Source: Chitinophagales bacterium
Lineage (GTDB): Bacteria > Bacteroidota > Bacteroidia > Chitinophagales > Saprospiraceae
DNA: 64,000 bases
Reading direction: 5' to 3'
Assembly: GCA_013298955.1 (NCBI GenBank)
Contig: JAAFJT010000007.1
Location: forward strand, 21,160-85,159
The notes beneath the pieces were generated by a model. It was not told the origin of the DNA, made no database searches, and was given only the letters and a program-made list of their open reading frames with translations. Positions 38,145 to 48,000 of this stretch are shown here, in pieces. The stretch's first letter is position 1. Each line of letters starts with the position of its first letter. Made by a program: the position numbers and the translations under genes.

Positions 38145-39989
38145 ATGAATCAAGATACAAAAAGCACCGCTATCGGTTTTATGTTAATTGCGCTTCTGAT
38201 GTTTGCTTGGCAGTGGTATGAACAACCAAATGCGGCACAAATCGCGGCGAAAAGACAAGCCGATTCTGCCGCTTTCGCGCAACGGCGCATCGATAGCCTT
38301 GCGAAAATCGCTCCTGTTACAACAGCTACTGCATTGCCTGATACCCTCAAAAGGCAACAATTGGCGGGTGAATATGGTGCGTTTGCAACTGCTGCTGCGG
38401 GTGCGGAGCAACTTTCTACCTTAGAAAATGATGTTTTTAAAATCACTTTTACCAATAAAGGCGGTCGGATTAAAGAAGTTTTATTGAAAAAACACACCAA
38501 AATTGATAAAAAAGACGATAAAAAGCCTTTGAGATTGATGGAAGATGATAAAAATCGATTTGAATATCATATTCCTGCCAATGTGCCAAAAGGTTTGATT
38601 TCAACAGGTGATTTGTATTTTACGCCTGTGGTGTCAGGAAATGCCATTACTTACACGGCTGCGGCGGGCGATGGCGTTTTTTTTGAACAAAAGTATGTGA
38701 TTGGTGGTAATTATAACATTGATTATGATATTCGGTATCAAGGACTTGGGACGATTTTGAAGGCAGACACCAAGGCGGTGACGTTGAATTGGGTCAATTG
38801 GTTGGATAAATTGGAGAAAAATTCAGATTATGAAAAAAGTTATACCTCTTTATACTTCAAAGAGGCGGATAAAAACCCTGATTATTGCTCTTGTACCGCA
38901 GATGATAAAAAAGAATTAGCCAAAAGACCGGTGAAATGGGTTTCTGGCTCGAATCAATTTTACAACGCTTCTTTGATTGCCAAAACAGGTTTTCAAAGTG
39001 CTGTTGTGAAAACCGAAATGGCTCCTATAACTTCGGATGATTTAAAAAAGACTGAAGCCCAATTAGCGATTCCGATGGAAACGGGAAATGGTGCTTTTGG
39101 AATGCAAATGTATGTGGGACCGAATGAGTTTAATGCGATGCGCAGTTATGGAGTTGGTTTGGAAGATGTTATTTCTTATGGAAATTCGTTGTTTGGGAGC
39201 ATTAATCGGTGGTTAATTCGCCCTATTTTCAATTTTTTCAATGGAATTACGCATCATGCGGGCATTTCAATTTTATTATTGACGTTATTGGTCAAACTTT
39301 TATTATATCCATTGAGTTACAAAATGTTGTATTCGCAAGCAAAAACCCTTGCGTTGAAGCCCCGAATTGATAAAATGAAGGAGAAAATGGGCGGCGACCA
39401 ACAAAAAGTACAAGTGGAAACAATGAAAATGTATCAAGAATTTGGGGTGAATCCACTCGGCGGTTGTATGCCAACCTTGTTGCAAATGCCGATTTGGATG
39501 GCGTTATTCCGCTTTTTCCCTGCGACCATAGATTTTCGACAACAAAGTTTTTTATGGGCAACGGATTTAACTTCCTATGAGATTTTTGCCAAATTGCCTT
39601 TCACGATTCCCGGTTATGGGGCGCATGTGAGTTTATTTGCGTTTTTATGGGCGATTTCCTTGTTGGTTTTCACTTGGTACACCTCCAAAGATGTGGATTA
39701 TTCGGCACAACCTGCCATGAAATATGTACAATATTTGACACCTGTAATGTTTATGTTTATGTTCAATAGTTATGCAGCAGGTTTGAGTTTATATATGTTG
39801 TTTAGTAATGTATTGAACATTGGACAGACGATTCTTACGAAAAATTATGTCATTGATAATAGCAAAGTATTGGCAGAATTGGAAGCGAATCGGAATAATC
39901 CCAAACCGAAAAGTGCTTGGCGGAGCAAGATAGAAGAGGCGGTTTCACAACAACAACAGATGCAAGAGCAAGCAAAGAAAAAGAAATAA
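38145..39989 (+). CDS. yidC: membrane protein insertase YidC
   Basis: N-terminal TM segment, large periplasmic domain, and the conserved core NPLGGCMPTLLQMPIWMALF. Confidence 0.9.
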   Translation: MNQDTKSTAIGFMLIALLMFAWQWYEQPNAAQIAAKRQADSAAFAQRRIDSLAKIAPVTTATALPDTLKRQQLAGEYGAFATAAAGAEQLSTLENDVFKITFTNKGGRIKEVLLKKHTKIDKKDDKKPLRLMEDDKNRFEYHIPANVPKGLISTGDLYFTPVVSGNAITYTAAAGDGVFFEQKYVIGGNYNIDYDIRYQGLGTILKADTKAVTLNWVNWLDKLEKNSDYEKSYTSLYFKEADKNPDYCSCTADDKKELAKRPVKWVSGSNQFYNASLIAKTGFQSAVVKTEMAPITSDDLKKTEAQLAIPMETGNGAFGMQMYVGPNEFNAMRSYGVGLEDVISYGNSLFGSINRWLIRPIFNFFNGITHHAGISILLLTLLVKLLLYPLSYKMLYSQAKTLALKPRIDKMKEKMGGDQQKVQVETMKMYQEFGVNPLGGCMPTLLQMPIWMALFRFFPATIDFRQQSFLWATDLTSYEIFAKLPFTIPGYGAHVSLFAFLWAISLLVFTWYTSKDVDYSAQPAMKYVQYLTPVMFMFMFNSYAAGLSLYMLFSNVLNIGQTILTKNYVIDNSKVLAELEANRNNPKPKSAWRSKIEEAVSQQQQMQEQAKKKK

Positions 39990-40030
39990 AACGGGATATA
40001 AGTGGTTTATGTGAAATACATCGACAACAA

Positions 40031-40058
40031 CGTTTGGAGGGTTTCAAACCCTCCAAAC
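40031..40058. repeat. GTTTGGAGGGTTT-n-AAACCCTCCAAAC hairpin, copy 3
   Basis: CGTTTGGAGGGTTT-c-AAACCCTCCAAAC, 42 nt downstream of the yidC stop. Confidence 0.85.
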
Positions 40059-40173
40059 ATTATACTACCTTGAAAATCAATATTTTAGCAACTATTTTTT
40101 GAGGTCAATAAATTTCACTGATTTTTTTTAAAATCTGCGCAACCTTCGGGAAAAAATAAAAATAATCTTTATT

Positions 40174-40665
40174 ATGATTCAAGTTTATGTAACAGGTGGT
40201 ACTTTCGACAAACAATACAATTACATCACAGGTGAACTTTCGTTTAAAGACACGCATATTCCTAAAATGTTTGAGCGCGGTCGCTGCACGATTGATATTG
40301 ATGTCAAAACATTGATGATGGTCGATAGTTTGGAAATGACGGAGGAAGACCGCAGTATTATCATCCACAATTGCAAACGCTGTCCGCATGATAGAATCCT
40401 CCTCACACATGGCACAGACCGCATGGCTGCCACCGCCGCCGTCCTTGCTGCTGCCAAAATTCCTAAAAAAACGATTGTTTTGACGGGTGCGATGATTCCC
40501 TATGCGTTTGGCGTGTCTTCAGACGGCTTTTTTAACTTGGGCAGTGCCTTAGCTTTTGTACAAACCTTGCCTGCGGGCGTTTACATCGTTATGAATGGAC
40601 GGTATTTTGAATGGGATAAAGTGAAAAAAAATACCCAAACAGGTAATTTTGAATTGCTTTTGTAA
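40174..40665 (+). CDS. short asparaginase-domain protein
   Basis: N-terminal VYVTGGTFDK matches the asparaginase TGGT nucleophile motif, and HGTDRM is also present. Only about 160 aa, so a single domain. Confidence 0.6.
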   Translation: MIQVYVTGGTFDKQYNYITGELSFKDTHIPKMFERGRCTIDIDVKTLMMVDSLEMTEEDRSIIIHNCKRCPHDRILLTHGTDRMAATAAVLAAAKIPKKTIVLTGAMIPYAFGVSSDGFFNLGSALAFVQTLPAGVYIVMNGRYFEWDKVKKNTQTGNFELLL

Positions 40666-40674
40666 AAAAAACAC

Positions 40675-40682
40675 TACATTTG
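40675..40682 (+). promoter_or_regulatory. Bacteroidota-type -7 promoter box (TAnnTTTG)
   Basis: TACATTTG lies 24 nt upstream of ATG 40706. Confidence 0.45.
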
Positions 40683-40705
40683 CAGCGTATCAACAAACAC
40701 AATTG

Positions 40706-42580
40706 ATGAACAATATTACTATGACAATTCCGAAACAACCCCGATTTCGTTGGATAAGCACTATGATTTTGCTTATTATTGCGTTTCAAGTATCCCTATA
40801 CGGACAATTGAGCGTTTCTTGTGAGCGCGTTAAATCGGTCTATAATGTAGGCGAAACCGCTGTTTTCAAAGTTTTATCTCCGACAACAGGTGCTGCAATC
40901 CTTGAATTTTTTTATGATAGTCGAGACAATCGCTCTATTATCAAGACCGAAAATGTTGCTTTGGTTGCCAATCAACCCCAATCCATTCCATTTCGATTGA
41001 ATGAAGCGGGTGTTATTTTTTGCAAAATCACTCAAAATGGTCAAGTTGCGTTTGCTGCAAGTGCTTTTTCGCCTGCTTCTATACAACCTTTTGAGCCAGA
41101 ACCGGTTGATTTTGATGCTTTTTGGTTGCAAAAAAAACGAGCTTTGGCAGCTATTCCTTTGCATGCTAATTTAACACCTCATGGGATGAAAAATGGTCTG
41201 ACGATTTATAAAATGACCATTAATTCGGTGCAAGGGCGCAATGTGGGCGCGTATATCACGATTCCAGCAGGGCTTGGACCCTTTCCTGCGGTTATCAAAT
41301 TGCCCCCTTTTGGAGATGCTGCTTTGCCACCTGATGAGTTGAATCATACCGACATTGCTGAAAAAGGACAAGCTATCAGCGTCACGATGAGTGCGCATAA
41401 TACAACGCCTGACCAAGTGGATCCATTGGCTTACAAACCTGATATTACTACCAATCAAGATAGTATTTACAATAAATTAATGATTTTGAATTGTTTACGT
41501 ATCATTGATTACCTTTTTACGAGAAGCGATTTTAATGGTTCATTGGGCATTGTGGGCGAAAGTCAAGGTGGAGGATTGGCGATGAGTGTTGGCGGATTGG
41601 ATAAACGGGTTAAAGCAGTGATGGCGACGAATCCTGCTTTTTGCCAATTACAAGGTTATAAATTTCGTAAAGCGACGGGGTTTCCAACCTATTTGCTAAC
41701 CGCCCATCAAATTGGGTTAAATGCAGAACGGGTGAGTGCGGCGATTAAGTACCATGATGCTGTTTATTTTGCCAAGCGATTTAAAGGCGCGTTGTATATA
41801 GCGAATGGTTATGAAGACCTTGTTACGCCTGCGGCAACCGTATTTGCTGCGGCAAATCAGCATTTTGGGCAAACAATTGTTTGTCATATGAAAAAAACAG
41901 GGCATAATCATCCTTGGGATGAGTATTGGATAGGTCGATTTGCGTTTTTTTCGCAACATTTGGAAGGGTTTAAAAACCCTTATCCCGCCCTTAAAAAACA
42001 TCATATTAGTATTTCAAATGATACAATGATTGATTTAAATCAATCGGTTACGCTTCGGAGTGTGGTGTTTGATGGCAATCAAGTAGCATTTCAATTGCCT
42101 GGACGGTGGGAAAAAGTATCGGGTGCAGGACAGGTTACGTTTAGTAACCCGAATGATAGACAAACTTCGGCTTCTTTTTCGACGCATGGGACGTACGTTT
42201 TGCGTTTCATGGCGGAGGATGATTATACGATTCAAACGCCCGAAGCGAAGTTTTTCACGATTGCCCATCATGTAACGATTCGCGTGCGCAATCCTTTGAA
42301 TGTCCATGATTTATTATTAGATAAAGATTGGTTAGCGATTTTTCCGAATCCTGTGTTGCATGAATTGACGATAAAATTTAAAAATAATTTCACCTGTAAA
42401 TCATTGAAAATCATGGATGTATCTGGTAAAATTTACAAAACGCACCTGCCCGAAAAGAATGATTTAAACCATGATTCCGAAATATTATTGGAATTGAGCA
42501 AATTGCCCAGAGGTATTTATCTCCTCAAAGCCGAAAATACAGATGGCGGCACGATTACTAAAAAATTTACTAAGATGTGA
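40706..42580 (+). CDS. acetylxylan esterase (AXE1/CE7-like alpha/beta hydrolase) with a T9SS C-terminal sorting domain
   Basis: Nucleophile elbow GESQGGGLAM. Signal anchor MILLIIAFQVSLYGQ. C-terminal LAIFPNPVLHELTIKF...LLKAEN is a Por tail. Start moved to ATG 40706, downstream of the promoter box and clear of the preceding gene. Confidence 0.75.
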   Translation: MNNITMTIPKQPRFRWISTMILLIIAFQVSLYGQLSVSCERVKSVYNVGETAVFKVLSPTTGAAILEFFYDSRDNRSIIKTENVALVANQPQSIPFRLNEAGVIFCKITQNGQVAFAASAFSPASIQPFEPEPVDFDAFWLQKKRALAAIPLHANLTPHGMKNGLTIYKMTINSVQGRNVGAYITIPAGLGPFPAVIKLPPFGDAALPPDELNHTDIAEKGQAISVTMSAHNTTPDQVDPLAYKPDITTNQDSIYNKLMILNCLRIIDYLFTRSDFNGSLGIVGESQGGGLAMSVGGLDKRVKAVMATNPAFCQLQGYKFRKATGFPTYLLTAHQIGLNAERVSAAIKYHDAVYFAKRFKGALYIANGYEDLVTPAATVFAAANQHFGQTIVCHMKKTGHNHPWDEYWIGRFAFFSQHLEGFKNPYPALKKHHISISNDTMIDLNQSVTLRSVVFDGNQVAFQLPGRWEKVSGAGQVTFSNPNDRQTSASFSTHGTYVLRFMAEDDYTIQTPEAKFFTIAHHVTIRVRNPLNVHDLLLDKDWLAIFPNPVLHELTIKFKNNFTCKSLKIMDVSGKIYKTHLPEKNDLNHDSEILLELSKLPRGIYLLKAENTDGGTITKKFTKM

Positions 42581-42596
42581 TGCAACTATCAAATGT

Positions 42597-42703
42597 AATA
42601 CAATTGGAACGCAGATGACACGGATTGGGCGGATTTTCGCGGATTTTAAAAAAAAATCTGCGAAAATCCGCCCAATCCGTGTCATCCGCGTTCCAATCGT
42701 ATT
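42597..42703. repeat. CGGAT-family palindromic element, copy G, filling the gap between convergent genes
   Basis: AATACAATTGGAACGCAGATGACACGGATTGGGCGGATTTTCGCGGATTTT-aaaaaaa-mirror image. It lies 17 nt from one stop codon and 5 nt from the other. Confidence 0.9.
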
Positions 42704-42708
42704 ATAAT

Positions 42709-43833
42709 TTAAATATTTATTAAATTAATAATTTGTAAGGCATTCAGTTCATCAGAAAAGATATTTTCTAAAATAATGCGTCTTTTTTCAAGGATTGTTG
42801 TCGAAAAAGGTATTTGCGCTACTTGATGCAACATTTGCAACATTTGTTCGGGTGTATCTGCGACATGACAGAGCGAATCTAAACCTGTCTGCTGCACCAT
42901 CGGTGTATTAACAATACAATGTCGCCCCGAATAAAGGGCATTCAATAATTTCAATTTTAAGCCTGCGATTTGAAAAGAAAGTAGGATTTGAATATGACTT
43001 TTTTGAATCAATTCATCCATCAATTCATCATCTGGATTTGCAATAATTTGAATATTTTTAAATGGTTTTGCTTTGATTATCAACAACTTAGATGGATTCA
43101 ATCCTGCAATGGTGAAGGGCATATCCGAATGGGCGAACACTTTTTCAATTAAAAACAAAGCCGCTTGTTCATTATCGGAAACACTTAATTTGCCATGAAA
43201 CAATGCACCGTGTCCCATGCCTATCGGAGCATTTACGGTATGATGTCCATGAAAAGGCAGTATCAAATGTGTATTTGGATGAATCTTTTTAAAATAATTA
43301 AAATCATTCGGCGCAATCGCCAGCAGGGTAGGGTTTTGTTTTAAAACCTTTTTTTCAAAAGATTGTAGTTTGATGGATTCCCATTTGAAAAAGAGTTGCT
43401 TCCACCATTTGGGTTCTAAATGGGCTAAATTTTGATAATATTGCCATTCTATATTGTGCATTCTAACCATATATTGCCTGTCACAATTCAACAATTTATT
43501 TAAATAAAAGCAAGTATGCAAACCTTCAAATAGGATAGGATAATTATCTTCCTTTAATCTTTTGAGCAAATCGGGATGCGCTCTTGTATTTACAATGAAA
43601 GGTTGAGCCGATAAAATTTTCCAAAAAAAAACGTCACGCGGATAATAATAAACCCTTGTGCATAATTTTTCCAAAATTATATTTGGTATCCTATCTCCAT
43701 ATTGGAAATTATGTAAAATTATTTTAATATTTTGTGCTTGTAATGCTTTGATTTTATAAAAAACATCTATCACGCCACCATAATTGGCAGGGAAAGGAAT
43801 ATCAAAACTAATAATATGCAAAAAAGAGTTCAT
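42709..43833 (-). CDS. glycosyltransferase (GT-B fold, GT4/group-1-like)
   Basis: N-terminal HIISFDIPFPANYGGVIDVFYKIKAL and a C-terminal sugar-nucleotide-binding-like half. Assigned by overall resemblance only. Confidence 0.5.
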   Translation of the reverse strand: MNSFLHIISFDIPFPANYGGVIDVFYKIKALQAQNIKIILHNFQYGDRIPNIILEKLCTRVYYYPRDVFFWKILSAQPFIVNTRAHPDLLKRLKEDNYPILFEGLHTCFYLNKLLNCDRQYMVRMHNIEWQYYQNLAHLEPKWWKQLFFKWESIKLQSFEKKVLKQNPTLLAIAPNDFNYFKKIHPNTHLILPFHGHHTVNAPIGMGHGALFHGKLSVSDNEQAALFLIEKVFAHSDMPFTIAGLNPSKLLIIKAKPFKNIQIIANPDDELMDELIQKSHIQILLSFQIAGLKLKLLNALYSGRHCIVNTPMVQQTGLDSLCHVADTPEQMLQMLHQVAQIPFSTTILEKRRIILENIFSDELNALQIINLINI

Positions 43834-43995
43834 TGAATTAACCCATTGATTTTAGTTAAAAAAACGCTAATAGTTGTTGCATTTGCATAAAATAACGTTT
43901 TACGCGTTGTCACAAAAAACAATTTTAAGATTGTAATGCTACCATAACGAAAAAGTTGTTTTTTCTGGTATTCATTCGCAAAATATAAAACGATC

Positions 43996-44706
43996 ATGTA
44001 TAGAAATCCAATTTTCATTAACCTTTTTTGCACCTTTTTACTTTTACCCTTAGCAAGTCAAGCACAACGTTTTGAAACGGGTCTTCATGCTGGATTTAGC
44101 TATTTTATGGGCGACATCACAGACCGCATGAATGCCATCAATGTCGGTTTTGGCGGACATTTTACGTATTGCCCACATCCCAAAATAGCAGCGCGCCTTG
44201 ATTTGATGAATCTATTTCTCTCAGGAGATGATAAAGGTTCTCCGAGCGCGTATAAACAAAATCGAGGTTTTAAGTTTTTATACAATGTACAGGAAGTCAG
44301 TTTAATGGGGGAATTACGCCCGTTTGATAGCGATAAATTGAGTCATATCGGGCATTTTGAACAAAGTATCACACCTTACGGATTTGGAGGCGCAGGCTTA
44401 TTGACCCGAGTGAGTGGTAAAGCACAAGCACCTTTGGTGGAAACTTCACCGTTTCCAGAAGCAGGCGATACGAAAACGACTTTCCCTTTTTTGATTGGCG
44501 GTGGCGGTTTGCGTTGGCATTTCGCACAGCGTTATAAATTGAGTGCCGAAGGCAGTGGTCGCTATTACTTTTCGGATTATGTGGATGGTATCAGTAATTC
44601 GGCAAACCCGAAAAGCAAAGATTTATCTTTTTTTGGCAATTTGACGCTCACTTATATTTTGGATATGCCGATTGGTGTGCGCAAACGCAATTGGTTTTTA
44701 TTGTAA
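43996..44706 (+). CDS. outer-membrane beta-barrel protein (DUF6089-like)
   Basis: Signal peptide ..LLLPLASQAQ. Alternating amphipathic strands. GLHAGFSYFMGDI start. Confidence 0.55.
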   Translation: MYRNPIFINLFCTFLLLPLASQAQRFETGLHAGFSYFMGDITDRMNAINVGFGGHFTYCPHPKIAARLDLMNLFLSGDDKGSPSAYKQNRGFKFLYNVQEVSLMGELRPFDSDKLSHIGHFEQSITPYGFGGAGLLTRVSGKAQAPLVETSPFPEAGDTKTTFPFLIGGGGLRWHFAQRYKLSAEGSGRYYFSDYVDGISNSANPKSKDLSFFGNLTLTYILDMPIGVRKRNWFLL

Positions 44707-45010
44707 ATGTTGTAAATTGGAACGCGGATGACACCGATTGGGCTGATTTTCGCGGATTTTTTAAAAAAAAATCCGCGAAAATCCGCCCAATCCGTACCAT
44801 CCGCGTTCCAATTTATAACACGCCCCAACTTACTTTGGATGTGCCGATTGGTGTGCGCAAACGAAATTGGTTTTTATTGTAAATGTTGTAAATTGGAACG
44901 CGGATGACACCGATTGGGCGGATTTTCGCGGATTTTTTTTTAAAAAATCCGCGAAAATCCACCCACTCTGCGTCATCCGCGTTCCAATTTATAACACGCC
45001 CCAACTTACT
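44659..45010. repeat. 176-bp tandem duplication (44659-44834 and 44835-45010); each unit is the last 48 nt of the DUF6089 gene (15 codons plus stop) plus one CGGAT-family element (copies H1 44714-44813 and H2 44890-44989)
   Basis: TTGGAT[A/G]TGCCGATTGGTGTGCGCAAACG[C/A]AATTGGTTTTTATTGTAAATGTTGTAAATTGGAACGCGG... repeats with period 176. Confidence 0.9.
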
Positions 45011-48000
45011 AACGAACAATGACTAATTTTCCAAAACCGCCTTTAAACAAATCATCCGTACCTGTATCATACGTTTCATAGGTCGAACCATTGCGTTTTT
45101 TAGCAATCACGCGGTATAAATAAACGCCATTGGCTAATTTATCTCCAAATTCGTCGGTTCCATCCCATTTAAAATCGGTTCGATGCGTCCCGATTTTCAA
45201 ATCGCCTAATTCTTGGTGCGTAATCTCTCGAACGATTTTTCCACCTACACTCATAATTTGAATTTTGAATGATTCAGGTATTTCCAATCCTGTCAATGTG
45301 TAAATAAATTGCGTACTGGTCGAAAATGGATTGGGATAATTCAACACATTAGATAAAGATGATTTTGTAATCACCTTAAAACCAATCTGATAATCGGATG
45401 AACCTGCACTATTATCCGAAGCATCTTTGGCTTCAATCCGCAACGTATAAGTCCCATCTTTGGCAAATTTAGGTCGATATTCCACCATAGCGCGATTGTT
45501 TTTCGTCAAATCACTGCCTGCGGGTCTAAATTGCAATTCCGAATTAAGATTAAAAAACATTTGTTTTTCAGGCTCATTGATACCTGGTTTTTTCAAATAA
45601 AGTCGAAATAAATTGGTGTCTGATAACGCTAAAAACCGATTTTCATCCTTCAATGCAATCGCAATTGTAGGTTCAGGCGAAACAATATCATTGTTTAAAA
45701 TGCGCTGCCCATCAAAAGTAACGTCCAATAAGGGATTTCGCAGGTCGGGTACGACATAAAATTCCGTTTGACCCACATTATTGGTGAGGAGCAATTCTTT
45801 CGGACGTTGTTCCGCATTGACTTCCATATTGACTTTGATTCGACCCGATAACGGACGAGAATTAATAATCAATTGGGCTGTATCATACGCACCTTTGGCG
45901 AGTGGTTTTAACTTAACGACTTGTGCAGTTGCTCGATTTTGAGCATCTGTATAAGTATATTTAAAAGAAACACTATCTGTAATATTGTAATTTCCAGTGT
46001 TTTCGACGGCAATCGTAATATTTATTTTTTCGCCTTTATCCACACTGTCTTTTGGATGACTGTAATATCGGGCGGCATTCAACCCTAAATCGGGCAAACC
46101 TGTGTAAAAAACACGCCAATAATCCAATTGACTTGGGGTGCGATACGTAATATCGCGGCTATCCCATTGCAATTGAAGATATGGATAATTGTTTGCATTA
46201 ATATGTCTCAAAGAACGCCCAATCGTTACATTACTGTCGAGCAATTGACGCGTAACACCGTCTGGTGCAATGCCATAAATAGCCAAACGATTGGTATCTC
46301 TTTGTTGAAGGTGCATATGGCGAAAATCCAGAGAATCCCAATTTAAGGCGGGACCAATCCGTTCAGATGCCATTTTTCCTTCATACCAGCGACCTGTAAA
46401 AACGACTTTTTCTTCCACCGTGTCTGTTAAGCGGGCAGCCAAACGCTCGGATAATACCCCTTTCCCTTTTTTGTAAATAAACATATAAGGAAATGTATCT
46501 CTAACCGTGCGCCGAATGAGTTGCGCCCCTTGCCGTTCCAACACTTGGAATAAATTTTCACCAGCATCCGCCGCCCACAAATCCGAGCGATACGTATTAA
46601 CCTGCGTTTGTTGTAAAGTGGTGAAAATCACATAGTTATTATCAGGTATCCAATTCAAAAATTTGATAAGTGCTGGGCGACCATAGAGGCTATCGGTACT
46701 GGCACTATTAAACATAAAAAAACGTTGAACCCAAGCTGGGTTGCCATGGCGCAGTCCATAAGGATAAGGGGGCGTATAATTGGGCGCAGGATAATCTCGT
46801 TCCAACGCAGCAACATTAATGGAATCAAAAACATAAACATTGACAGTAGGCTGTATGCCGTTCATCGTCTCGGATGCCCAACAAGCGCGTCCAGCACGAT
46901 TTCCATCTAACCACATGGCACTACACAATTCACCATTGGCAGCCTTATTTTCCATGCGCACTTCACGCGTATCATTGACATATTGAAATTGTCGATTATA
47001 AGGTCGAATCCCCAAATTCGTATAATTATTATTCAAAAATTGAAAATAATGAGATTGATTCCATCCATGCGATGATTGGGGCAGGTAAATAAAGGACGCA
47101 TTTTGCCAAATATAACCAGAACCGTCTGTGCTATCAGGACTGATACGCCAGTAATACGTCTGATTGGGCTGCCAATTCACTTCTGGTTGCCATTTTAATA
47201 AACCGCCTACCGAATTAATTTCAGTTCGTTTTTTCAAAGGACTTTTAAAAAATAAACTGGTATCGATTTCCACCCAATAGCGGCGCGTCCCTGTAATGGC
47301 ATTACTCGTAGCTGCTTTTAAAACGATAGGCAATTCATTTACAATTGCAAAAGGTTGAGGATAAACGATTTGTGCATTATTATCACTGATATAAACGGAA
47401 ATGCCCCGTACTTGATTAACATACAAATCATTGTTGGATTCGGCACCAAGAGCTGATTCTGGAATCAAATTATTGGGGTCAACCTTGATAAAAAACTGAT
47501 TTTTACCCAATCCGTCTTTCAACATTGGCAATCGAAACGCGTAAGATTGGCTGTATGCAGGCGCAATCACTTTGGTCGTCCGCAGTGTTTTCACGATGCC
47601 AGATGGTAATTTTTGTTCTATTAAAATTTCAAGCGAATCCGTCGGTTGATAAAGACCAATATTGGCAATATTCAGTTGTAACTCAAAACTATCTAAGCGA
47701 GTTGTCAATACTTCTGGCAAAAAACGCACCGTAGAGGCATCTGGCGTATAATCAGGTCCCGCGAATTGATGAGAACGAATCGCAGGGTCTCCATGCAACG
47801 TAAATTGCTGCATGACCGAAACCGTTTCATTGGCTTGGGCGGTAGTTTCCAATTGTCGATTGGTTTGTTGGATGTAATCGCCCAAACCTAAAGGTCTGCC
47901 CATGCCCAAAAGTCGGTAATACTGTTTTGCAAAAATACCAAGTGGGTCAATATACGCACTACCTGTTGCCGCCCCTAACCCAATAGCACCTTTATCTTCA

